A stretch of DNA of 64,000 nt, from the NCBI GenBank assembly GCA_000182565.2, contig KQ257469.1, one strand, 5' to 3'. The notes under the pieces are model-generated. The model did no database searches. It was not told the DNA's origin and worked only from the letters and a program-made list of their open reading frames with translations. Both the position numbers and the translations under genes were made by a program. Below, piece by piece: positions 53,401-63,333 of the stretch (position 1 is the stretch's first letter; every line of letters begins with the position of its first letter). Source of the DNA: Spizellomyces punctatus DAOM BR117. Lineage: Eukaryota.

Positions 53401-56182
53401 CTTTCCGCCGGTTCCATCCCAAAGAATGCCAACTGAAGTGTGGTAAGGCATTCATTTTCTGACGCCAGCGATAAAATACAAAAGCCAGAGGGGATTTCCT
53501 TTACGGTTTTGCCACCTTCAGTATCGATTTCGTGAGCAGGACTGTCCCCGTCTCTTTGTACGAACTTTAAAAACCGCCCTTTCCCAACCGCAAAAGTACA
53601 CCATTCCGATGTCAAGTGATCATTGAGGTAAATCGTGGCAACCTGTCGCTTGGTGCTTCTCAGACTTTCCCCTCCCGTAGATGTCGATCTCAGGATTACA
53701 TCACAAGTCCACTCATAAAAGGATTCCCATTTGCTTGTCATTATCTGTGCGAGCACTTGCCAGTAATTGTTCGGAGTGTTTGTTCCGTGACTACCGTTTC
53801 CCGGTGAGCCAGTTGCCGGTCTCCCACCAAATGAGGTCATAAGACCAAGGGCATTATCGGTGGTTAAAGGAAACATTCGCTGCTCAGTCTGCGGAATCAC
53901 TGAGAGGGCATATTTGGTGTTGTAAGATGCCAGCACCTGGATGTGTAATGAGGGCTTCATTGATGACACTCATTTTAATGGGCAAGAATGCAAAGACTAA
54001 CCTTGAAAGAATCATCTGTTTCATAGATTCTCCTTAGGAAGGCATGCAGTTTGACCAGCTTCTCCTCGATTGCATGATTAAAAGTGTTCTTTTGCTCCAA
54101 ATTCTGGGCATTGATGAATAAAATCGCAAATGCATGCTGTGCAAGAATATTCAATTCGATCCTTGGGAGTTTCTGCGATCTACCCGTCAATAGCGGTCGG
54201 TCTGTCGCTGTCCAGGTGGTCTTGATTGTATACATGACGGTAACGTTTGTGAACCAAGGCATTGTAAGGATGACTTCGACTTTGTCGGGCCGATTTGATC
54301 GTGGCGTCACATGCACGCTACTTAAAACAAAGCCCTCATGTAGGCGGGCAGAGATTATATACTCCAGATTGATATTTAGAGTGTAATCACGATAGCCGCA
54401 TAATATCTCGGCAACGAGGGGAGGTTTACTGGTGGGATCCCACGGGAATGACAGCTCCTCCAGTGATATGTTTTGGGTAGTATCAACACTGGCGTTCAAG
54501 AGTCGACCTCGCGGGCAGTCAACTGACCGTTCCCGCCGACTTCCATTCACTACCCGATACCGGTATTCTGTGCCCGATTTCGTCAGGGAACCATCGCGAA
54601 AAAGGAGGTGGCGGTGATAGAAATTCGGAGGTGGAGGAGAATCGGCTGGACTACTATCACCATCCAAATAGTTACAGTCCGCTCCGTATAGAAACGTTCC
54701 GGCAGCCGCAATACCTAGAAATCGTAAAAATTCGTTATCGGCGACATGACCGAAATTGGTCCCTGGCGTATATCCATCTCCTGCCCCGACTTGGATGATA
54801 GTGAATACTGCATTTTCGCGTGATAGCTTTCTACAGCAGTCTCGCGCAATTTGCTCCCCAGCTCCCGCTGGGCTAACAACACCGTCCGTAATGACTACCA
54901 ATGCCGACATGCAGTCCTCTGGCAGGAGGTTTAATGCAAATAATCCTCTGTTTACTGCCTTGAAAACGCTATCCGACGGAGTAGTATCCAGATTGGCTCC
55001 AATCGGCCTCGACGGAAGGCTCGCGTACTCTGCCGTGTCGGCCATTAGAAAACCTGCCTCATCAAGTGGCCCAATGTTGTCCTGAGTCTCCCAATCAGCA
55101 GAGGCGGCCGCTTGTGATCGAGTGTCTCTTTGTCGCTGCTGTACGAGATCGTGTTCATAAGCATTGAGCGCATCGTAAAGTCTCTCAGCAACCGCTTCCA
55201 TGTTGTTCCGGGTCACCACAACTTCCTGCAGCAGTACGCGAGTCGGGTACGTCCGACTGAAGTCTGCTGCTAACGGGCTTTGCTCACTGCGAAAATAGGA
55301 AGTTCCGCATTCAGCCAGTACCGTCACATATATAACCGGCTCGACCTATGAACATCAAGTAAGATTCACGCCTCAAACGGACCAGCTGGACTACAACCAC
55401 ACAACTCGGGTTTCATACATCATAGGTCCCATCGCGCATTGTGCTCTTCATCGAAAACGGTCTACATATTCCGTCTAGGCACTTGCAGAGCCTGCTCAGG
55501 ATTACCCGAAATCGGTGAGCAGCTTCAGACCAATTACCGTCGATATCACTTACGTTTCAAAAGCTACAGATATCAGCGCCTTGGCTTTCCCACTGCTATC
55601 GTCAATGACCGACATGGAAGGTGTAATGTCCACCACAAACACCATTCGATAGCGAGCCGCGAATGAGTAGATTCGAGTTTCTGGCGTAATGCGAAAGCGT
55701 CGATCTTGGGGAGATGACCGCCGCGCAGGCGTACGCAAGGGAGATGGGACAATGGGATCGTAAGAGATCGATCGCAAAGGTGGCGATAGAGAGTGGTCGG
55801 GGGATAGTGGGCTGTCCGGGTTTTCCGAAAGGGAATGCCGTGTCCATGGCAAATGGTGAGAATCGGTCGTAACCTCCACAACTTCCACATTATCATCCTA
55901 TTATAGTGCAATAGGAAAAATAACGTTTAGCCCAATTTGTCGCTTCTCAAAGCCCATAAAGAGAATGAAGCAGAAGCAACCATACGTCTAACTCTGCAGG
56001 CGCAAGTGGACGCAGGATGTGTCGCAGTATCCAGGTATCATAGTCGGCACGAGTGAAGATTGACGGTCGTTTCAGGAGCAATACGATGGCTGCAGCATCT
56101 TCAATGGTGGGGCCCTGCTTTCAAGAGGCGAGATATCAGCATGGGCCAGATCGTGACGAGATAGTAGATGCCTCACCGTCAT
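44472..56182 (-). CDS. SZT2: KICSTOR complex scaffold SZT2 homolog, multi-exon, >3500 aa
   Basis: N-terminal FRITPETRIYSFAARYRMVFVVDITPSMSV, LVVITDGV, IISARLHEGF, PVGRFACPLVF...LHWRL, GRDNLWRQL; consecutive long ORFs separated by short GT-AG introns. Confidence 0.85.
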
Positions 56183-56408
56183 CGCGAAGCACAACCCCAC
56201 GTTCCAAAGAGGTTTTAAGACTCCAGATCGACAGGCGCTGTATCAGAGACAAATGGGAGAGCCGAAATAGGTAGATTGGCTGCCATTGGTTCTCGCAGAT
56301 GGCACCAAAGCCAAAGAAAGTGTTCGCAATGACACTTGCTCACTTCATGTATGGGTGGCGCAGTTCAGTGTTGATCTCAGCGTCCCAAGCAATTTCCAAG
56401 TAGAACGA

Positions 56409-56632
56409 GATCATGAAGACTAAAGACTCGTTCAGAGCTCAAAAAAACTAGAGTATCGTTCAGAGATGAAGAAGACTAAGGACTCGCTCAAAGATCAAGA
56501 AAACTAAAGACTACCTCAGAGCTCAAGAAAACCAGAGTATCGCCCAAGGATCAAGAAGACCAAAGGCTCTTTGAGATATCAGGAAAACTAGAGTATCGCT
56601 CAAAGATCAAGAAGACTAGAGGATCGTCCTCA
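56409..56632. repeat. 28-nt minisatellite, ~8 units, two unit types
   Basis: Units such as gatcaagaagactaaagactcgctcaaa and gctcaagaaaactagagtatcgttcaga in exact 28-nt register. Confidence 0.85.
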
Positions 56633-56776
56633 TTGCCCTCCAAATAAGAGCAAGTAGAAACAAAAGGAAAAAGACTAGACAACGATATAATGTAATTTTT
56701 TATTATATTTTATATTTTACAATGTTACATTCCTATTATCATCGTCCCATCCCCCTCCCCCGGCGTATTGTTTGTT

Positions 56777-57103
56777 GGGGGCCATCCCGTCGTTTGATAG
56801 TCCCCCCCTTCCCGTCCGTCGTGGGGGGTCTTGATGGCCCGCTGTCGGTGTTGGTGATTTGGGGGGGCATCTCGTTCTGATGACCCCCCCCCCCCCCCCG
56901 TCGTGTCGTGTCGGGCGGAGGTGGGGGGACCATCCCGGTTTGATGGCCCCCCGTCGTGCCGGGGTGAGGGGGTGGGGTGTGGGGCCATCTGGTTGATGGC
57001 TCCCGTCGTCGTGTCGGGGTGGGCGGGGGACCATCCGTTTTGATGGTCCCCCGGGGGGGTGTCCGGGCGGATCGGTTCGGGGGACTTCTCGTTTCATTTG
57101 CCC
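56777..57103. repeat. Array of ~6-7 GC-rich hairpin repeats
   Basis: GGGG(A)CCATC-N5-9-GATGG(T)CCCC units at ~56777, 56860, 56924, 56981 and 57025 (partial at 56824, 57079), mostly followed by cgtcgtg(t/c)cggg. Confidence 0.8.
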
Positions 57104-57624
57104 CACGGCGAGTCGTAATCCGCTCGACCTTGGCCGATGGACGATATCGGTGGTCTTCCAAGTAGTGAGATGTGCGAATAGTAATACTCGATGCGGAATA
57201 TCTGATACATGGAGATACTAGCTTGCATATAACGTCGGGGTTCAGACATGGGGCGGATGTTATTGAATTTTGGATAGGGTGTTGTGTATGTGCTATGTTC
57301 CAGTTGCCAGCAGATCTGTATTGCGCAGTTGAATTTGTCGACACTAATGCACTAAATAGACCTAATGTACATTTCAAATTAAAGATAGCGAGGTTGCTCT
57401 ATTGGTGCATGTACTGTCAATCCTTTAGGAAGAGACAAGCAAAAAGAACAAAAAAAAAGAACAGATGCATCCCATAATAGCGTACGACATGAGTAGGCTA
57501 CACTGCATCCAGTACAATAATTTCTGCATGTATTGCTATGCTTTCGTATTGTAAAGAGATCCCAGACCATACAGAGCCTGTGTTGAGGAATTGCAGGACA
57601 TGCCTTGCTAATTCAAAAGTCGAG

Positions 57625-57711
57625 ATGGCCATATACTTGTAGTGTAGAGGTGACAGAAACTGGCACTAGCTACACCAGGGAAGATACCGGCGACAACCGG
57701 TTCGGAAAAGC
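57625..57711 (-). ncRNA. Fanzor omegaRNA (scaffold ~57711-57640 plus ~15-nt guide 57639-57625)
   Basis: Minus strand GCUUUUCCGAACCGGUUGUCGCCGGUAUCUUCCCUGGUGUAGCUAGUGCCAGUUUCUGUCACCUCUACACUA|CAAGUAUAUGGCCAU is collinear with the SpuFz1 omegaRNA scaffold as I recall it (GUUUUCCGAGCCGGUUGUCGC...UCCCUGGUG...GCUAGUGCCA...CACUA) and ends exactly at the TIR end. Confidence 0.85.
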
Positions 57712-58209
57712 CAAGTAATTCCCTCCTTACAACCAACTACTACTAGGCCCAATGGCACATGCAATACATTACGGTTGTTCTAACCGGGTAACTAAGCCCA
57801 CCACACGAGAGAAATCCTACTAAGCCCTTGATTCCGATATTCTTTAGTCGGAGGATGTTCAGATACTAATTAAACCAGAATTAGACTCGGAATACGGGCG
57901 TGGGAACATACAAAGATAATGCATACCTGCGATCGTTGCCAGAGCGGCATTCTCATGCTGGTCTTGAGAGTTGCTTGAGCGTGGGCAGATGCTTGCGAGT
58001 CGAAGATGGGTAAAGAGGAAAGGGAAAGAGACAGAAGGTCCCCCTTTTATAGACCTTCCGCATGCACCTCACCGCAGTTTAAAAAAAAACATTACAATAC
58101 ATGCCACACCAATCTGAGCGATAGAGGGGTGCTGATTATGCGATATGACTAACCGGATTAATCCGGATAATAATGAATTCTAGTGCCATTTTCAATCACC
58201 TCCACACTA
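57640..58209 (-). mobile_element. Non-autonomous Fanzor1-associated TIR transposon ('ghost' locus)
   Basis: 30-bp TIRs at 57640-57669 and 58180-58209 (26/30 identical), TA at both ends, 5'-CATA at 58211-58208 on the minus strand, no nuclease ORF inside. Confidence 0.88.
58045..58051 (-). promoter_or_regulatory. TATA box (TATAAAA) inside the ghost element, oriented toward the omegaRNA
   Basis: ctataaaagggg followed by a pyrimidine-rich tract, ATG at 57956 and GTATGC donor at 57926. Confidence 0.5.
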
Positions 58210-58329
58210 TGCAATATCTGCGCATGAGGCACAGTTGTCAAGGCTTCCAAAACGGTGCCACTGGTCGTTGGCAGCAGAAGCAGGCCACACAACAGTTTGG
58301 GTGAAATCTAAGCAACGCTCTCCGTCATC

Positions 58330-58923
58330 ATGTCCAACGCACCAGCAACATGGGAGCTGTACAATCTGGCACCTGGGGAAAAAAAGTAAGCTCATCCCGA
58401 CAATGTGCCTTATCTAAAGCCACGTTCTAACATACCGCACTATAGGGTCAGAGAGATAAAGGACACAAAGATCCCAAACGCCGCAACCTTTGAGGTCCAG
58501 AAAGAGGATCACACCCTTGGAAACCTCCTACGCACGTAAGATTTACCAACACATCCTGCTTCCCGCCTTGCGCAGAGTTCCTAACCCAGTTGGCTTGTAG
58601 ACAATTGTTGAAAAACTCTAAAGTCCTGTTTGCCGGATACAAAATGCCCCACCCACTGCACCATTCTTTTGTTCTCAAAGTTCAGACAACTCCAGAGACC
58701 TCACCTCTTGAGGTTCTGCAAAATGACGTGAATAGCTTGATTCGCGAAATCAGTTCTATCAAGCTCAAGTTTGAGGTAAACCATCTGAGAGAGTTCTTGC
58801 GTCAAGAGTATTTTTGGTGCTGAACGGCTCACACTTTTGTAGAATGAACTCACTCTACATGGTCTGACTCAGTCGGAGCCAATGGGCGGATCAATGTACA
58901 ACTCTGTCGATACAGCGTATTAG
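58330..58923 (+). CDS. RPB11: RNA polymerase II subunit RPB11, 4 exons
   Basis: [41 protein letters not shown]. Confidence 0.95.
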
Positions 58924-59111
58924 AAAAAAGTCGATTGACCGGTGGTGCGCCAAAATGCTCCAACTCGTCTTGGAGGGCTCTGAAATGCCGATCCAATGCG
59001 CCAGCAACCTGTATATAAAAAGTACCAAAGCTATTGTAAATGCTATTAATTATTACCGAGTCGCTTATGATACATAAAATGCACATTGAGTATTATGCGT
59101 AACAGCTGTAC

Positions 59112-59199
59112 TATTAAGCCGAAGTGGATGGTTCCCCCGTCGCTACGTAAGTAATTATTAAGCCGAAGTGGATGGTTCCCCCGTCGCTACGTAAGTAAT
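59112..59199. repeat. Perfect 44-bp tandem duplication spanning a stop codon
   Basis: tattaagccgaagtggatggttcccccgtcgctacgtaagtaat x2. Confidence 0.95.
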
Positions 59200-60801
59200 T
59201 CGCCTGTCAGACGCCACGATCTCTCCAATCGGCACGTCATCCTCTCCATTCAATTCTGCTTCCAACCCTCGTCGCATGCAACACACCAGACATGGAAGAC
59301 AGCAGCAAAAGCAGCAAAAGAGCAGACTGCTGATAATGAACACCGGAATTAGAATCACCGCGGTTGACGGTGTACCCATACCGTCCTCCAACCGTTTGAC
59401 CAAGAGTCCAACTCCTAGATAGAGGAAAAACGCCATAATAATCAAAAAGATAATTCGGCCAACAAGCAAAACTCGAAGTTCGGCAGGCTTTCCAGCGGCA
59501 GCGGTAGCACGTCGAACAGCCACATGCTCCATTATGATGACAAGTATCTGAATGAATGCCCAGAGCCATGTGGGAAGGAACACTAATCCCCAAGATGCGC
59601 TTATATCGCCATTAAATTTTGCGATCAGCAAAGCTGCTTGAATAATTCGGAGCGGAAATGTCGAATAGGAATCGAAGAAAAGTGCCAGTTTCTCCATTGA
59701 CGAGAAAGGTCGGGTTCCCGGGGTTTGTGATTCAGGGTCTTCATCGTACGGCAAGGGAATCGCTCCTTGCCGAATTGTCCTCACATAAGCGACAGTAATG
59801 TCAATAACGTTGAGAATTTCCATTAAAAACCATGGAATAAACACGATTGCCCAGTTCCAATCGACAGTATCGTCCAAACGGAGCACGAGGAAAATTTGGA
59901 AAAGAAGGAACAGCCCAAAATAGCACCAACGGACTAAAGAGTTAGACGACGCCTTCAGCTTCTTCTTCTTCTCTCTCTGCTCCCGGCGCTCAAAATTTGC
60001 TGTTCGATCTTCCGTAAACCCATCTTCCTCCTCGTCTTCTGGAGTTTGCTTTGTTGAGCGAGTCGATAAAAGAGCGAAAAGGAGGAACAAATCGACAATA
60101 AATAGCGGGATAAACACCACACCCCACGACCAGAAAACTTTGTTGTCCGCGCGCACAGAAATAAATGCGGGAAACATGATCAACAAAGCCGCAATAAGTG
60201 TGCCGACGAAAAAGAGGGTGTTCATTGCGAGTAGAATATCCGGGTCAATAAAAGGGGCAACGTCTCCCATCGATTCCATTAGGACCACGCCCCGCTCGCC
60301 CTATGACAGCCACAAAGTGTCATTAGAAATCAATACATCTCTTCAGTATCCAAACAGAAAAAACTATACATATTGATCGTATATCCTTCGCTTCTTTTCA
60401 TCGCCTAAAGCCCCGTCAGCACTTTGCTTGAGATCAAAGATGTAATATATCACGACGACTCACTCAAAACTTCATACGCTCTTTGCACGAGTTGAAAAAG
60501 CTCTATATTCGCAGGGTCTTGCCCAGTTTTGTCAGGGTGACAACGGAGTGCCTATATTATTCAGTCACAAGAGTTGAGATCACGTCAAGTGCCAACAGAA
60601 GGACCAATGTGCTCAAAGTACCTTGCGTCGATATGCCTATATTTGAATTGTTAATAAACGTTATGACTTTGCTAGGGATCAAGGTGCAAGGCATACCTTT
60701 CTGATAGCTTCGGCATCTGCCGTCCGAGGAACACTCAGGACCTCGTAAAAGTCCCTATTTGGCATGGACGCCAGGTCCGGTAATCCTCCACGGCCTGCCA
60801 T
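59158..60801 (-). CDS. DnaJ (J-domain) protein fused to a TMEM185/TMEM60-like multi-pass membrane domain
   Basis: DFYEVLSVPRTADAEAIRK, ALRCHPDKTG, AYEVL..DEKRRRIYDQY..ERGV; repeated LRLD..V.W.W..VFIP.W helices; C-terminal Cys cluster CCFCCCLPCLVCC. Confidence 0.85.
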
Positions 60802-61363
60802 GGAGAAGGAGAAAACGAAAGAGTTTGGGCCGCTTAGCGGGAGGGTTTCGTAAAGAGCTTTCTGACTTTATAAGCGCTGAACAGTAATCACACCCTTCTC
60901 CGATGTGAATTTGGAACGGGCAACCCAGCTTGTCACGTGTTTGTAAGGCACAGTTTTGGGAATGGCAAGCCTCGGGCGGTTGTCTCCGCGCGCACGTTGC
61001 GTCTACAAAACGACGGAGGGCCATGCTACAATGACACTATGAAGGAGAAACGGACGGATGGAAGCGAAAAGGGGAATTCTTGATGCGCAATATTCAGCCT
61101 TTGACAAGACTGTTGATGGATTTGCGACCTGGCATAACATCTGTTCAACAATTTCAACGCACCAGAGTTCTTTTATAGCTACCCTGCTAGATTTTCACTC
61201 TTTTGTGTGAATTCTGTGGTTAATCGCAGCATCTATTCGCGCTACATGCCTTGAACCATCTAACATAACCAGCTACCCTAACCGGGATTGCGATGCTAGA
61301 GAACCATCGCTACCAACACGCAGACTTCCAAAGCACCCCCAACTTCGTGCTCTCCTACATACA

Positions 61364-61714
61364 CTAAATGGCCTCAACGGGCTTTCCCGACTTTTTGATA
61401 GCCTCAAAGACTTCATTCTGGCTAAGCGTCGACTTGACGACGACTGTTTGGTTTTCCAGTGATATGTCGTAAGAGGATACGCCTTGGGTCTGTTCAACGA
61501 GAAGCAATAAGTTGGCAATTTTGCAATGCTCTGAATATAGCGCTCAGCTATGTACTCTTACCTTTTTGAGGATTCTGTCTACAGCCCCACTGCATCCGCT
61601 GCAGCTCATGCCAACCTTGAACTTGTAAGTTTGCTGTTAAAGAACACAAAACCGTGAGCGGCCTTTCCAGCTTCGTTTGCAAACAAGAGCCTAAGAATGG
61701 CATACCTCAGTCAT
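61364..61714 (-). CDS. ATX1: Copper chaperone Atx1 (HMA domain), 3 exons; absent from the ORF track
   Basis: MTE|QTYKFKVGMSCSGCSGAVDRILKK|TQGVSSYDISLENQTVVVKSTLSQNEVFEAIKKSGKPVEAI*. Confidence 0.93.
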
Positions 61715-61933
61715 TGTGTGGGTTTTGGCTGATGGAAAAGAAGGATAAACGCTTGAAGATGTGTGTTGAAACTCGAACGACAGCAACCCAGTTTTATAAG
61801 CCATGAGAGGCGCCATTTAATGAGGCGATGGAGCGGCGCGCTCTATTTGCTATTGGCTGGCAGTGACACAGTTCAGCTCACGTGAGAGTAGGACTAAGGT
61901 TGAGGAGATCAGAAGTGTCATGTCGCTTACAAA

Positions 61934-63089
61934 ATGCCTTCTCCAACCCACTCACCGAAGCGTTCCAAGAACGACCGCCGCTCGTTCAGAGACGAGGTGT
62001 CACGATCACCACCTCGAAGAAGACGACGCTCACCATCAGAGGATCGCGCTCCCCGGCGAAACAGGAGCCGAAGCCGGAGCCCGGACGATGGGAGAAGGAG
62101 ACGTGGTACTCTATAGATCTGAAGCTTCTTTTTGTCGACCTTGTATTAACGCTCCTCCACACCTGCTTTAGATGATGGGAATCGTCGTGACCGGAGAAAT
62201 GAAGGGCGTTTCGAAGGCGTGCCAGAATCGCAACGATATGGGTAAGAGGAGATCACATTGCACTGTCCCAAAGTGCCCTGTTTAAATGATTGCTACAACA
62301 GAAAACAGGAACAAACAGAAAACAAGGAGGCCGTACCTACTATTCCAAAAGAGCAACCTAATTTTGAAGTTTCCGGCGCTTTAGCGGCCGAGCAGAATAC
62401 GTATAAAGGTGTCGTACTGAAATACAGGTAAGATATGGACGTTTGATAGCTCGCTGTCTGTATACACAGCGTTAATCTTTGTACGGTATCCTCTCTTCAG
62501 TGAACCTCCCGAGGCGCGGAAACCAAAGGGACGATATAGGCTGTATGTTTTCAAAGGAAAAGACCAAATAGGTTGGTGTATTTCTATTTCTTCAACTCGG
62601 ATTCGATCGTGTCTCCTCATATCGATATAACCTTTTGTACAGATATGCTGCACATCCATCGTCAAAGCGCGTTTCTCATAGGGCGCGACCGACTGGTAAG
62701 CCTGCAAGCTGGTTCTCTGAAGCCCATTGATAGTAACAGTGCGATGTCTCCAGGTTGCAGATATTCCCATAGATCACCCGTCCTGCTCCAAACAGCATGC
62801 AGTGTTACAGTACCGTCAAATTGTTGACACAGATGCAATAGGACAAGGCACGCGGACAGTAAAGTGAGTCTAATTACGCCATTTCACCCCGACCAGTGTA
62901 TTTACTTACAATAACCGTAGGCCTTACATCATTGATCTGGATGCGACAAACGGTACCTATATCAATGGTGATCGGATACCTGCATCACGATACGTGGAGC
63001 TCAAATTGGGAGATACATTAAAGTTTGGATTTAGCACTAGGGAATATGTGTTGATGAGCGAGGACCTAGTTGACGAGAAGGGAGCATAG
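61934..63089 (+). CDS. SNIP1: FHA-domain splicing factor SNIP1/Pml1 (RES complex), multi-exon
   Basis: RS-rich N-terminus, PNFEVSGALAAE, LKYSEPPEARKP, LIGRDR, DHPSCSKQHAVLQYR, PYIIDLDATNGT, FGFSTREYVL. Confidence 0.93.
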
Positions 63090-63333
63090 TCCGCGCGATC
63101 TACATTTATTTTGGGCGTTCCTGTAAATATGAGCTCGTTCGACGTGGTTCCACGGGCGCCATCATGTTCGCTTATCTTTCTCGGTACAGCGGGAAAGATC
63201 ATGTCAGTGTCATTGTCAGGTTAAAAACTGATCGACAAGGTATATTAGTTTATTAAATCAAAGTCCCAAATTACTACGATCGTTACAGCCGCACGCTCTC
63301 TTCGTCTTGTTGAGCGGTAAATTCCCGTCACAG

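Noticed and set aside
56777-57103. CRISPR array interpretation of the hairpin repeats
   Set aside because: Repeats are degenerate, spacers share motifs, the context is eukaryotic and there are no cas genes.
56717-57377. Pro/Gly/Arg-rich ORFs over the GC island
   Set aside because: They are open in several frames only because of GC richness; no protein motif.
22096-61714. Cytochrome b561 + LPMO-like + ATX1 as a copper/redox gene cluster
   Set aside because: The genes are ~20 kb apart and interleaved with unrelated housekeeping genes.
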